Below, one piece after another: positions 1-13,357 of a stretch of DNA of 47,537 bases. The notes beneath the pieces were generated by a model that saw nothing but the letters and a program-made list of their open reading frames with translations, made no database searches and was not told where the DNA came from. Source of the DNA: Octopus sinensis (Eukaryota); NCBI RefSeq assembly GCF_006345805.1, contig NW_021834860.1, positions 1 through 47,537 on the forward strand. The letters run 5' to 3'. The number at the start of each line of letters is the position of its first letter. The first letter of the stretch is position 1. Both the position numbers and the translations under genes were made by a program.

Positions 1-52
1 CCCGAACCATGTGGTTGGTAAACAAGCTACTTACCACACAGCTACTCCTGCG

Positions 53-56
<4 letters not shown>
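1..56 (-). mobile_element. Family B SINE head (cut by window edge)
   Basis: Reverse complement GTGTGGTAAGTAGCTTGTTTACCAACCACATGGTTCGGG. Confidence 0.75.
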
Positions 57-86
<30 letters not shown>

Positions 87-122
87 CATATGTATGTATG
101 AATTTATGTGCAACATAAATAC

Positions 123-171
<49 letters not shown>

Positions 172-906
172 TATATATATATATAATATATATATATGTA
201 CATAGATATAGTTTATATATATATATAATACACAAGCACATATGTATGCGGGTATATATATAATACACAAACACAAAATATATGCACACACATGTATGCA
301 TACACACATGCGCTAAAAAAATATGGGATGGTCATTGTTGGACAGCCTTTGATCATGTCTGTCCAACAAGGGTTCACCCGGAGCTACACAACAACAACAA
401 CAACAACAACAATCTATACGTCAACCATATAATATCCACTCAAAATCACACCAATGAATGATCAAACTCATTTGTAATAAAACAACAACAAATACAGAAT
501 GAAAAAAAAAAGCAAACTAAAAACAAACAAAACATTAACCGCTCCACTTCCCCCACCGCACCCCACACCACATCAATTATGTCTTCCCCGAGGATCAGTG
601 CTGGACACGGCCACAGATTGTCTCCTTAATCTCCCTAAAAAGAACTTAAAAAGTTATATGTGTGCATACATACATAAACACACGCTCATACATGCATACA
701 TAAACATACGTACATACACATACATATATACATACATACATGCGTTTATGTATGTATATCTATATATACATGCATACATACACACATTCACGTTACTCAC
801 ATACATGACATATGTGCGTATGAAATTCTCTTGGCCTCTAGTTACACAGTTTATGCAATTTTACACACGAATCTACACTTACACGGAACAGAAAGATCAC
901 ATATAT

Positions 907-942
<36 letters not shown>

Positions 943-1320
943 CATAGAGAGAAAGAGAGAGAAAGGAAGAGAGTGAGTGAGAGGGAGACAGAATGCGGGT
1001 GAACGGAAATAGAGAAGGGGGTGAGTCAATGAGGGGATAAGAGCGTGATAGCTCTAAGCATATTCACACTTTACTCGGTAGAATACCGAGTTAATTAGAA
1101 ATACAGTACTGTTGACAAATTAATTACTAATTGGCAACAAAGGGCCATTTCACACACACACACACACACACACAAATACGCAAACACAAACACATACACG
1201 CAAACACAAATACATCTACACATTATATATGTGCGTATGTATATATGGCTACACACACACATATAAACACACATACATACGTACATAATACACGTATATA
1301 TATCTTTATAACTTTTTATC

Positions 1321-1535
1321 TTTTATCCTTTACTTGTTTCAGTCATTAGACTGTGGCCATGCTGGAGCACCGCTTTGAAGAACTTTAATCGATTAAATCG
1401 ATGCCAGTACTTTTTTTTGAGTCTGGTACTTATTCTGTTGGTCTCGTTGCCGAACCGCTAAGTTACGGGGACGTGAATACACCAGCACCGGTTGTTAAGC
1501 TGTGGCGAGAGACAAACACAGACACAAAGACAAAA
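1321..1535 (-). mobile_element. Family B SINE tail half
   Basis: TTTCAGTCATTAGACTGTGGCCATGCTGGAGCACCGC...CCGCTAAGTTACGGGGACGT matches the other copies. Confidence 0.8.
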
Positions 1536-2039
1536 ATGGAGACAAGTTTTCATGTTTATTCAATTACACCCTTACACGTATTTCATTAATGAAAATGTCT
1601 GCTATGCAAAGTTTACCTACAATCAGATCACCTCAGCAAATCATCAGAGAGTGTATAATGAACAAAAGCAATAAACCGTAGGCTACTTTATCGCTTTTCG
1701 ACAGAAGCATCGTGTCTATGGAATACAACTTCCTTCGGATTATGTAGAAATGATACTTCTGACAATAGAGTTTTACAGTTAATAGTGTAATTTTCAACGG
1801 AGATAAGGATAAGCGACTTTCTGTATGTGTATACCGTTGTGTGGAAATATATGTGTTTAGTGCATGTGTATATGTTCTGAGTGTGGTAGTATTTGTTTAC
1901 GTGTAACGAGTATGTAATGTATGTGTGAATATTGTGTTATGCTGTGTGTGTGTGTTTGTATGTGAGTTATGGTATGCATATGGGTGCGGTTAGTGTGTAT
2001 ACGTTTGTATGGATGTATGCAGCTACAAAAAATCGAGTC

Positions 2040-2900
2040 AATAATTTAACCATTGGTATTGAGTCTTTCGTGTTGGAAGATGCATCAGACGCGGCTGATG
2101 GAAGAAACTGCTGTGTAAACCAAGACCCAAAACAGGAAAGGTGCTGAGAGTTATGGTCAGCTGAGCATACATGAAGGGTGATGGATAATCTAGAGTTGTT
2201 TAGTCAGATGTCTCTAAGATGTTCGGCAAATTTGTAATATCTGATTCGATTAGCCTACCTAAAGCAATACACATAGTTGGCATTTAATGCAGTAAACGAT
2301 GATCTTGAAAGTGTAGAAGAAAGTGGCTGAGATATGGAACGAGAAGTTGTAAATTCCAGTAAGATCGGCGATGTTCAAGAGGAATGGACAAGTATTGGAG
2401 AAATGACTGGAACAAGTGAAAGGCTCGAGTTGGATGTATGGGTTAAATGGACAAGAAGCGGACCAGTAAGTTACATAGATTACAGCAAACAAAATGTACC
2501 TACCTCCTACACAACACTTGGTTGTGTGTACAGTGTCTTGACTACTGGCAGAGCGAAATGCAATGGACTGGTCACATACCACTTACTCCTTAAATCTTGT
2601 TGAATACTATACCCTCTTGGTCATCTGCAGTTTTGCTAACATTAATATCACTGAATAACATAATTCTGAGTATTCGAGTTAAATGTCTTAAAATTTGCGG
2701 TGAGTTACTTTTATACACAGGATCTCCATATGAAATATTTATATCTACGAGATTTCGTCTACGATCGTCATCAGTTGTCTTATTCCCCGAAACATATCAT
2801 GGTCGCAGACTGTATCTGAACTAAAACTTTTGGTTTCTTAACTAAGGATAATAATGATCTCTTATAATAGATCTTACTAAGGAAAATACCGAATGATTTT
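2040..2900 (-). mobile_element. Decayed Penelope-like element fragment (GIY-YIG end)
   Basis: Minus-strand fragments IVYCIKCQLC, KFAEHLRDI and IFQHERLNTNG resemble the PLE endonuclease; SCPFNPYI resembles the upstream Cys motif. Many stops; boundaries approximate. Confidence 0.7.
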
Positions 2901-3129
2901 GATCTTCACTGCGTTCATAAATTAATTAAACTTATTGGTTTCATGCAACAGTCCCAAATGTCCTGTTTATTACACAACTTCACTGTGGAGAATAACAAAG
3001 GGATCGACTGAAAGGTATCATTTTTGGTTCATTTTACCTCTACCAGCAATAGAATATCCTATATTTTACAGCCATTGCGAAATTGTTTTACAAATAGACG
3101 GATTTGAATATTAGAGGCATTTTCGGCCA

Positions 3130-3460
3130 TTAGTTCTGTAATATTACTGAATCACTAGCTGCATCTGTTTTCCATGCTAGAATTTATTACCAGCGATTTT
3201 AACCGTCGCTGAGTTGGCAAATTATATTAATTGAAACAACCCCATTTACCCGAACACAAACATCTGGACATTCGTATAAGAACTTCAAGACAAACAGAAG
3301 TTGCTCCTTAATTTCAAATCTCTGCAAACTTTCCACAACAGGTTCCACGGCACAGATCGAGATCTAAAAAGCAATATTCTTGGCAATATTCCCTCGATTT
3401 CTCAAAGACCTTGAGAAATTCACTGTAGAGTGAATATCTGGTAGAAAGCAATATCGCTTG
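3130..3460 (-). mobile_element. Non-LTR (RTE-like) reverse transcriptase fragment
   Basis: FEKSREYCQEYCFLDL followed in a shifted frame by LLWK...LKFLYECPDVCVRVNG, resembling LINE RT domains around the D..KA.D motif. Confidence 0.6.
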
Positions 3461-3640
3461 ACAACCTGTGTTGGTGCGTTTACGTCCCCTGTAACTTAGT
3501 GGTTCAGCAAAAGAGAACGATAATATATGTATCAGCATTAAAAAAAATAATTAATTCTAGGGTTGATTCATTATACTAAAATTTCAAGGTAATGCCCCAG
3601 TATGGACGCAGTATAATGACTGAAACAAGTAAAGGATAAA
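3455..3640 (+). mobile_element. Family B SINE tail half
   Basis: TCGCTTGACAACC...GTCCCCTGTAACTTAG...ATGACTGAAACAAGTAAAGG. Confidence 0.75.
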
Positions 3641-3734
3641 ATATAACAAATAGCTGTGCATATGTTCTTTTAGTGGCCAGCATGACTCTAACACGATTCA
3701 ATTGTTTCACTTAATTGTGATTTTATATGTTATT

Positions 3735-4400
3735 GAATTTTTTATTGTTGTTGTTCAGCCCAAAGTCTTCTTTGGTTGAACAGCTGAGACCATTTGGTCA
3801 TTTTGGGTTGTCTAGGTCTCCATTAGTTCAGCATCATCAGAGAAGTCCCTCTCACTACCGTCACCGGTTGATCAGCAGTACACTAGATCTCATTGATATT
3901 CCAGCCATTTGTGTACTGCACATTTCTATTGACCAGTTGGTATTACTTTGAATGTCTTGCGTCCCTCTCTCTTTTCTTGTCTAGTGTAGGAAGGTCTCCA
4001 AGGGTGTGGTTCGGAAACCTGATCGAGTCCATTTACTGTCTCGCTCAGTACGTTGCAGGTTCAGTTCGCTACTCTATACGTCTCTCTGCACCACGCTTTG
4101 TTAGCTGTCAACAGTTTTCTCTTGGTTGCATTCTCCATATCATTTAGCGTGTTATTAAATAGAAATACTGTACGACCAATAACAACAATAAGGGAGTGTA
4201 ACATAGTAATATGCACAATACTTACGTTAAGTGGTTTTAGTACCTCTGCAACTGCCATCAGGCAGAGAACGCTCTCGTGTCTTCCAACCTTGACTTAGTG
4301 GATCATCCAGGATGTGAGTCGCAGGAGAGAGAGGGGGAGGAGACGGGCTGGAGTAGGAGAGAAAGAAGGAAGAGAGAGAGAGAGTGAGAAAGAGGCAGTG
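3735..4400 (-). mobile_element. Probable degenerate LINE-derived fragment
   Basis: Ends on the minus strand in an (AAC)n-like tail at ~3745-3755 and has higher sequence complexity than its flanks; no clean protein motif. Confidence 0.3.
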
Positions 4401-4439
4401 AGAGAGAACGAGAGAGGGCTGAAATATCATCTTGGCTGG

Positions 4440-4580
4440 TACTAATTACAACTGAGTAGACTGGAACAATTTATAATGAAGTGCCTTGCTGAAGGACATA
4501 ACACGATGCTCGGACAAGGAATTGAACGTGCGACCTTACGATCACGGTTCAAACACATCTAACTATTGCCACCATGTCGT
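4440..4580 (-). mobile_element. Degenerate tRNA/CORE SINE head
   Basis: GTTCAATTCC B box followed by CCTTCAGCAAGGCACTT. Confidence 0.6.
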
Positions 4581-5319
4581 TGGATAATGTTTCAACGCTT
4601 TGCATTCTTTTGCATACCTAGGATTACAACGGTCAATAAATCCTTCCTTTTTTTATGATGGCAGAGTGTTATTTGTGGGAGATTTGGCTGCTACTTTTGG
4701 TAGATCGAGCGACCGAGTCAACGCTCTTCTATCAACTCATATAGACTACATGCTCTTGATGTTATTGTTATTGTTGTTGCTTTTTAGCCCTACGTTAGAG
4801 CTAATCCAGTAGATGCATGCTCAAAGGAATTAAATGACCATGGCCACACCGTTCTTTTTGTATACCAGAAACTATTTTGGTCGATGTATCGTTATCTAAA
4901 AGGATAAGATGTTATTTGAAGGAAATTTAGCTGCTATTTCTAACATAACGAGCTGCTGTGTAGAGGCCCCTCGTCGGCTTGTTTAGACAACTTGTTAAAC
5001 ACGAAAGTAAAACACTCAGAAAATCAACGCCATCTACTTCATTCCGTTAAGTTGCTCATGGAAGAGGTGGGGGTGGGTGGGCGGGCTGTTGGTGGAAATG
5101 TCACTGGTTCCAATTGATTATGATGAAAGCAAAGAGCGGCGTGGGGGGGGGAAGAAGGTAGAAAACTGAAGCATAAAATAAAGAAGAAGGAAAAAAAACA
5201 GAAAGAAGGAAGGAAAGAATGAAAACAGAAGACAGCGGGAAAATAGAAGAGAGAAAAGAAGGAAAAGCATATTTACGAAGATAAACTAACGAAACAAGTA
5301 AGAATGTTTTTTTGCAGTT

Positions 5320-5690
5320 AACCAAAGAACACGTGGTTCGTATCCCGGAACCGATTTGCGTATGGTTAAGACAGCTAGCTCCGAAGTAGCTCAGTCCACT
5401 TAGATGTAAATAGGTACCAACAAGCGTAGAAACAAATCCCCATTGTAAGTAACGGATTGTACAGTCGACTGAGCCATCGAAAGTTGGTTTTTACGTGGTC
5501 TTAGGATCTGCTAGAAATAGCAACTAAATTTCGCTGAAATCTCATTCCCCACCACTGTCTTAAATTAACGAAAAGACATTGAATAATGTAGTAGTATATA
5601 TATTTCTAAAAAAAAAAACGGTAGTTACGACTGGAATGTCAATCATTGATTATAGATCTGTTCAGTCAGGTATAACTTAGGGGCATCAAC
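5320..5690 (+). repeat. Interspersed repeat family C (CTGCTAGAAATAGCAGCC core); related pieces at ~4610-4980, 20870-20930, 29390-29480 and 41400-41830
   Basis: A recurrent motif, GCTAGAAATAGCAGCCAAATCTC..TCAAATCAC, appears in both orientations; probably an old SINE. Confidence 0.55.
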
Positions 5691-5703
5691 AAGAGCACCA
5701 GCA

Positions 5704-5737
<34 letters not shown>

Positions 5738-5869
5738 CAGCAGCAGTAGCAGCAGCAACACAGCAGCAGTAGCAGAAGTAGTAGCAGCAGCAGCATCACC
5801 ACCACCACCACCACCACCAACAACAACCAAGAATAATAAATTGTTTTGATTTTATTACAAATTTATGTT

Positions 5870-6085
5870 GGTTTCAAATTTTTGCACAAGGCCAGCAGTT
5901 TTAGGGTAGTGGTTCAGCTAATTAGATCGGCCCTAGTGCTCAACTGGTACTTATTTTATCGACCCCGAAAGAATGAAAGGCAAAGACGACCTCGGTGGAA
6001 TTTGAACTCAGAACGTTAAGACGGACGAAATGCTGCTAAGCATTTTGTCTCGCATGCTAACGAGTCTGCCAGATCGCCGCCTTAT
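5870..6085 (-). mobile_element. Family A SINE
   Basis: TTTTGCACAAGGCCAGC...GACCTCGGTGGAATTTGAACTCAGAACG...GCCAGATCGCCGCC. Confidence 0.85.
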
Positions 6086-6296
6086 TACAAATGTATATTA
6101 GTAATTTCTTTTTATTTAACCGTCAGAAATTATAAAGTGACTGAAGGACAGGGAGTCTCGCGCAGAGGTACTTACCAAGTACATACATACATACATACAT
6201 ACATACATACATACATACATACATACATACATACATACTTACTTATATACATACATACATGCATATACTGTATATATTTATATATTCTTTTATTGT

Positions 6297-6660
6297 TTTA
6301 CATGTTTCAGTCATTTGACTGCGGCCATGCTGGAGCACCGCCTTTAGGCGAACAGATCGACCCCAGGACTTATTCTTTGTAAGCCTAGTAATTATTGTAT
6401 CGGTCACTTGTGTCGACCTGCTAAGTTACGGGGACGTAAACACACCAACATCAGCTGTCAAGCAATGGTGGGGATATAAACACACACACACATATACGAC
6501 GAACTTTTTCTCAGTTTTCGTCTACCAAATCCACTCACAAGGCATTGGTCGACCCGAGGATATGGTAGAAGACATTTGCCCAAGGTGCCCTGCAGTGGGA
6601 TTGAACCCGAAACCAAGTGGTTGGGAAGCAGGCTTCTTACCACACAGCCACAACTGCGCA
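6297..6660 (-). mobile_element. tRNA-derived CORE-type SINE (family B), complete copy
   Basis: Head GTGTGGTAAGAAGCCTGCTTCCCAACC with B-box-like GGTTCAATCCC, CORE-like GCACCTTGGGCAAATGTC, an internal microsatellite, and tail ...CCAGCATGGCCGCAGTCAAATGACTGAAAC. Confidence 0.85.
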
Positions 6661-6783
6661 TATACATGTAGTGCTCTCAATCACAGTTCCCTATATATAC
6701 TATATTTATACATATATTATATATAAATTAGAAAAACCCCCATCTTTTATCAATTTCCCTGTAAGTTTGGAATAAATTCCCTC

Positions 6784-6789
<6 letters not shown>

Positions 6790-6876
<87 letters not shown>

Positions 6877-7202
6877 TGCTTTCTTCCAAGCATCTCATGC
6901 TCTTAGTTTAGTTTTTCCTTGGGGCTGGCCAGATTGGAGCAATCTCGAGTATAATCAGCTGAAATTGCAAAGATGATCTGGAACTCGACTGAGGATAGAA
7001 AACTCCGAATGACCCGTCTCTGTTTTCTTTGTATCGTCTGTCTGGATATTTTGCGTTCTTGTCTCATTTTTGTATTTTCATGTATGTATGTATGTATGTA
7101 TGTATGTATGTATGTATGTATGTATGTATGTATACATATATATATATATATGTATATACATACATATATATATGCACACACATACACACATATCTATATG
7201 TG

Positions 7203-7234
<32 letters not shown>

Positions 7235-7338
7235 CATACATCTACATACATATATATATATATACATATGCATATAATATATATATATATGTATATATAT
7301 TTGCATACACACACACACATACGCACACACACACGCAC

Positions 7339-7409
<71 letters not shown>

Positions 7410-8122
7410 TCCTGCTTTAAGTTCTATTTTCCTGTTTGCATCAGCAAACCTATTAGACATAATTGGCAATTTGTAATAGAAAAGACAACCAGTTTCACAA
7501 GTACGATTCGAAACATGTATCAACCACTTATTAGTCGATCGTGCTGTCGGTTATAGTGATTACACTATCAAATTTTGTAGACTGTATGGTAGGCGTTCTG
7601 TAGCATAATTGATACAGCGGTAGTCTTGTAACCGCGATAGAAACGCGGTTCTTGCTTGTGTCTTAAATTGGTGTGGGTGCTTATAACGTATAATATCATG
7701 ACGAAGAAGAGTTTTCGTAGTCTGACAGTACTAATATGAAGTTATTTTTAGATGAATATCTTATATAACAATGTTTAATAAAACATACACAACGAAGTTT
7801 AAACTCAGCACACAGTTTATCAATACATGTAGTGCTCTCAATCACAATTCGCTACCCCCGACAACAACAACAAAAAAACTAAATAAATAAAAGCCAAAAA
7901 AGAAAAGCAACAAGCGAGAAAAACTAACTCTAGAATGTATTAAAATATTGCCCTGTCTTTAAGAAGTGATTTAGTCTTCTTTTTGACTTGAGTGGATTTT
8001 TCAGTATAGGTGGATAAGTTAAGTACTATATTATAAACGACACTGTTATAAAAATGTTCAATTGTATAATCCGGAACACCCATACACACCACAATACATA
8101 CATACGTACATAAAACTTTTAA

Positions 8123-8180
<58 letters not shown>

Positions 8181-8189
8181 ATATATATA

Positions 8190-8258
<69 letters not shown>

Positions 8259-8498
8259 GCGTGTGCGTGCATGTGTGGTGTTTTTTGTAATACGGTCAGT
8301 AATGCAAGATTGGTCTTTAGAAAAAAGTTCCCAAACTAAAGATCTCTACTTCAGCCAACAATATTTCTGTCGTTACATGTCTCCCTCTCTCTCGCTCTCT
8401 CTCTCTTTCTCTCTCTCGTATATATATATATACACAAACTTGCATATGCATTTATGTATATAGGTGTATATATGTATGCATATATATATATACATATA

Positions 8499-8551
<53 letters not shown>

Positions 8552-8564
8552 ACATACATATGAA

Positions 8565-8609
<45 letters not shown>

Positions 8610-8610
8610 T
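6790..8610. repeat. (TA)n, (TATG)n and (CA)n microsatellite clusters
   Basis: Tracts at 6790-6875, 7080-7410, 8120-8260 and 8420-8610. Confidence 0.95.
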
Positions 8611-8844
8611 ATGTATAATAAAACCATACATGTTCACACAGTGGTACGAAGTTTATATTTGCAAATAAATAATAAAGAAATAAAACAAAATGAAATAAAG
8701 TAAAAAAATGAAGAAAAAATATGAAAAGAAAAAGGACTTTACTAATTACTAATATTCAAAATGATTGAATCAAGGACAATCTGAAGAAATCTGGAGCGCA
8801 CCCAATATTTTAACTACATCTGTTATGTAGTTATAATACAATAT

Positions 8845-8877
8845 GATAATAACGACAATACCGAAGACAACGACGAC

Positions 8878-8909
<32 letters not shown>

Positions 8910-9578
8910 CGATGATAACAGCAACAACAACTATTACAACAGCAACAATAGCAACAACAGTAATATTGATAATATTGTTAATAAACTCCCTCTTGTGTAC
9001 GATAATAGTGGTTTCGCGACAACCGAACTCGTCTTACCTATTGGTGTCCCTACAATTTGATAGATTCACCATTACATATTGGCTATTACAACTCGTTATG
9101 GTACTATTAAACATATTACACTCTGACAGCTTATATAACTTTTATAAAACTTCCACCAATGATTTTGGCAGCAGTTTCATACTTTATCTTCCGATGTATC
9201 TCTCTTTTTCGCTCAAAATGACAAAAATTAAAAAAGCACAAAAAGAAAGAAAGAAAAAGAAATAATAGACAGCAGAGGAAAAAGGAAAAAAGAAAAACAT
9301 ATAAAGGTATGAGAAAAATGGAGGATAAAAATTGGGGGAAAGAAATAAAATGAAATAAATATAAAACGAGAAATAAAAAAAAAACCCTTTAAAAAAAAGA
9401 CAGATTTTTCAACTGGTTTCTTGCTGAAAAGGTAAAAAAAGACAAAAAAGAAAAGTGTTAGAAAGGATGATGATTGTGACGACGATGAAGATGAGGATGG
9501 TATTCAGAAAAATGATGCTGATGGGGATGATATTCATAAAGAATGATGCCGATGATGATGATGATGATGATGATAGTA

Positions 9579-9641
<63 letters not shown>

Positions 9642-10211
9642 GTTACAACAACAACAACAACAGCAATATCAACAACAACTAACGTAATAGAAGATTGACC
9701 GAACAATTCAGTGAAATGGCTAAAATTCTGAAGTGTAAAAATATTGAAGCATGTGGAAAGGGTGGAGAGAGGGGTGGGCGGGAGAAAAACAGGGAAAGAA
9801 AGAAGACAAAGTGAAAAAAATAAAAATAAATATAATATAAAAAAAACCTCCCGAAATAACCATATCTTTCTTTTTTTTTTCTGTCCTTCTTTCGCCTTCT
9901 TTTTTTTAAAAAAATATTTTATAAAAATATGAATTTATTTATTTATTTTATTTATTTTTCTTTCTTCGAAAAATTCGTCTTCTAAATTACTATTGAACTA
10001 AAATGGAACGTAAAGCATTCTCCAACTTATAAATGTGATGCATGGCTTTCTACTTGTAAAACCATTGGCGATGGTAGTTGGTGTGGGCGGTGGCGATGCA
10101 AGGCGATGGATGGGTGTGTGGTCGTGGCGAATAGGAATGTTGCAGTTAGCATTAACAACAACAACAACAACAACATTAACAACAGTAACTATATCATCAA
10201 CAACATCATTG

Positions 10212-10250
<39 letters not shown>

Positions 10251-10448
10251 TAATAATAATAATGATAATAATAATAATAACAATAATAATAATAATAATA
10301 ATAATAATGATAATAATAATAATAATAATAATAATATTGGTGATGATGATGGTAATAATAACAAAAATAACAAAAATATGATATTCATGACGATCACGAG
10401 ATTAGGAACGCGGTGAGGAGAATGGCAGCGACGACTATGATGATGACA

Positions 10449-10505
<57 letters not shown>

Positions 10506-10762
10506 GCAACGACGATGGTATCGAGGATTACGATGATGATGTTATTGCGTTGCTGCTATTGCTGCTGCTACCGCTGTTGCTGCTGCTGTTAGTGCTGCTG
10601 CTGCTGCTGTTGCTGAATTTAAAGATAACAATAACGATGATGACGATGATTATGACGACGACGACGGCGATGCTGAATCATGTCGACGACGACGACGACG
10701 GCGGCGGCGGCGGCGACAGCGACAGCGTCGATGAAGATGATAGTGGTACTGATGACGACGAC

Positions 10763-10818
<56 letters not shown>

Positions 10819-11129
10819 CGACGACGACGACGACGGTGACGATGATGGTGATGATACCGAAGATCTTGTAGCAGTTGTTGTTGTTGTGTCGATGATGACG
10901 ACGACGACGATGATGATGATGATGATGTTTAAGATATTGAAGTAGATGACATATATGATGATGCATTAAAGTTGCAGCGACGTCTGTTTATAAAGTCAAT
11001 TGTTGCCATGTTTCCTTTTTGGTAAATAGAAGATAACGACTTGAAGAAAAGAGGGAAAGCAGCTGATATCTGGAGATATTTTGGCGACTGAAAATAAAAT
11101 GAGTCTATAACTAAGCTTTATTTATTTTA

Positions 11130-11173
<44 letters not shown>

Positions 11174-11390
11174 TATATGTATTTTTTTAAAAAAAAGTAT
11201 CTCTTCATCATCATCCGCCCCATACTACCAGTCACTATCACCACCACCACCACCAGCATCATCATTATCATAATAGTCGTCCCTAAGCCACCCCATCACA
11301 CACCGCATATCGCAATTCTTATTTTCATTTTCATTTTCATTCTCATTCAACACCAATATTCATCCATAACATCGTTTAGATTAGTGCAAA

Positions 11391-11433
<43 letters not shown>

Positions 11434-11691
11434 AATGTAATAAATAAATAAATAAAATGTAATAAAATTGATGAAAGGTAAAAAAAAAAAGAAAAGAAAA
11501 AAAAACAACAAGGTAAAACAAAACAGATATGAATAAAATATATATATATAGATTTAAATTTCGAAAAAAACATGTGCGCGCACCAATTCTTCTTTTTTTC
11601 ATGCGCCTTCTACTTGCACATTTTCTGTGCTTTCTTAGAATTTTTCCTAATAATAATGATGATGATGATGATGATAATGATCATAATAATA

Positions 11692-11748
<57 letters not shown>

Positions 11749-11780
11749 GCAACAACAACAACAACAGCAACAGCAATAAT
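8845..11780. repeat. Dense triplet microsatellite region: (GAT)n, (AAT)n, (AAC)n, (GAC)n, plus (AAAT)n
   Basis: Directly visible; the source of the poly-M/D/N/I ORFs in the track. Confidence 0.95.
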
Positions 11781-11794
11781 AATAATTCTTTCTA

Positions 11795-12006
11795 CTACAG
11801 GGCATAAGGCCTGAAATTTTATGGGAGGAAAAAAGTCAATTTCATCTATCCCCAATTTTCAGTTGATACTTATTTTATCGACTCCAAAAAGGAAGAAAGA
11901 CCAAGTCAACCTCGGCGACACTTGCATTCAGGACGTAAAACCGGAAGAAATTCTGATAAGTATTTTGTCCCGCGTGCAAACGATTCTGCCAGTTCCCAAT
12001 AATAAT

Positions 12007-12049
<43 letters not shown>

Positions 12050-12535
12050 TGTACATTGTTTTGTCTTGGTATAAAAGATGGGCTACAGCAATATATTCTA
12101 CTTAATACCACAGATTTGCTTGTCAGTTGTTTGACTTTAACCAGTTGAGCATGTCCCTTAGTGGCTGACGATATGTGCATCTCTGATCACGAGCAGAAGT
12201 AGTGGGGGAGCATCATAGCCATGTGTTGAGAGGGATTTGGGGTTTGAATAATTCACCTCTGGAAACATGGGTGTTTCGTTCAACATCCTTAAACAACACT
12301 TATTCAGGGACCTTTCGAGTGGGATGGGTTACTCGACCTGAAGAAAATTCTAACTGGGCCCCACCTGCAAGGTCATGTGCTGTTTATTTTGATATGAGAT
12401 CACCATGTCGCGCACATATGGTTGTGATGCATGTGCCTAGTGTACCCTTATCAGACGGGTAGTCATGATAGGTATACTGGGCTTCGTATATTTTACCCCA
12501 GTGTCACTTTGATGGCATGCACTGCTCTCTCACTC

Positions 12536-12582
<47 letters not shown>

Positions 12583-12799
12583 TAATAATAATAATCCTTT
12601 CTACTGTAGGCACCAGGCCTGGATTTTGGAGGAGGGGTTAAGTCGATTACGTCGACCCCAGTGTTTCACTGGTACTTAATTTACTGACCCCAAAAGGATG
12701 AGATCGACCTCGGCGGAATTCAGAACATAGCTTCAGACGAAATGCCGCTAAACATTTCGCCCAGAGTGCTAATGATTATGCCATCACACCGCCTTAATA

Positions 12800-12835
<36 letters not shown>

Positions 12836-13010
12836 GTTTCAAATTTTGCCACAAGAACAACAGTTTTAGGGAAGGGGATGAGTCGATTACATCGACCCTA
12901 GTGTTCAACTTATTTTATCGACGCCGAAAGGATGGAAGGCAAAGTCGACCTCAGTGGAATTTGAGCGCAGAACGTAGAGATGGACGAAATAACGATAAGC
13001 ATTTTGCCCT
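11795..13010 (-). mobile_element. Family A SINE copies at ~11795-11995, 12595-12790 and 12835-13010, separated by triplet tracts
   Basis: Same core motif (CAAGTCAACCTCGGCG / GTCGACCTCAGTGGAATTTG). Confidence 0.8.
12048..12535 (+). mobile_element. Probable 5'-truncated LINE 3' end embedded in (AAT)n
   Basis: A complex 490-bp segment starts and ends directly in perfect (AAT)n tracts and has no convincing ORF. I recall similar sequence as a cephalopod interspersed repeat (not verified). Confidence 0.5.
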
Positions 13011-13084
13011 GACTGGCTCACTCAGAGTAAACCATTTAAATCACCAAAACGAAAGAAACGATAGACTCTAAAAATTACAGACCC

Positions 13085-13340
13085 TTCACCTGCTTTCTTA
13101 CAACTCATAAATAATTAACTGCAATAAACCTAGAAGGGCGATAAATTAACATCTGCAAAAAAAAGAAAATTATTTTCTGAAGATCAGAAGGGCAGCTGCA
13201 CAGGATCATCTTACTATAAAGACCATTTACAAAAGACTGTGAAAGGAAAAAGAACGGCCTGTGTATGGTGTTGGCTGATTATGAGAAAGCTTTTAACAGT
13301 GTTCTCCATTGGTGGTTCCTGAAAATATTAACCATGAATA
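13085..13340 (+). mobile_element. LINE RT fragment, R4/Dong-like
   Basis: SEDQKG...DHLTIKTI...LADYEKAFNSVLHWW resembles the EQKG...DHL.I...IDY.KA.DSVPH.W region of R4/Dong RTs; clade call is tentative. Confidence 0.6.
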
Positions 13341-13357
13341 ACGCAGCTCAGTTACAC

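Noticed and set aside
2743-2779. Minus-strand CTGATGA-cgatcgtagac-GAAA-tctc-GTA hammerhead-like string
   Set aside because: Stem II and stem I do not pair, and it lies inside a decayed Penelope coding region; probably coincidental.
6985-7022. CTGAGGA-TAGAAAACTCC-GAAT-GACCC-GTC hammerhead-like string
   Set aside because: GAAT instead of GAAA, imperfect stem II and only 2 bp of stem I; cannot be supported without a family consensus.
9039-9135. Minus-strand open stretch LSECNMFNSTITSC...RDTN ending at a GTAAG donor
   Set aside because: No convincing polypyrimidine acceptor and no recognisable protein.
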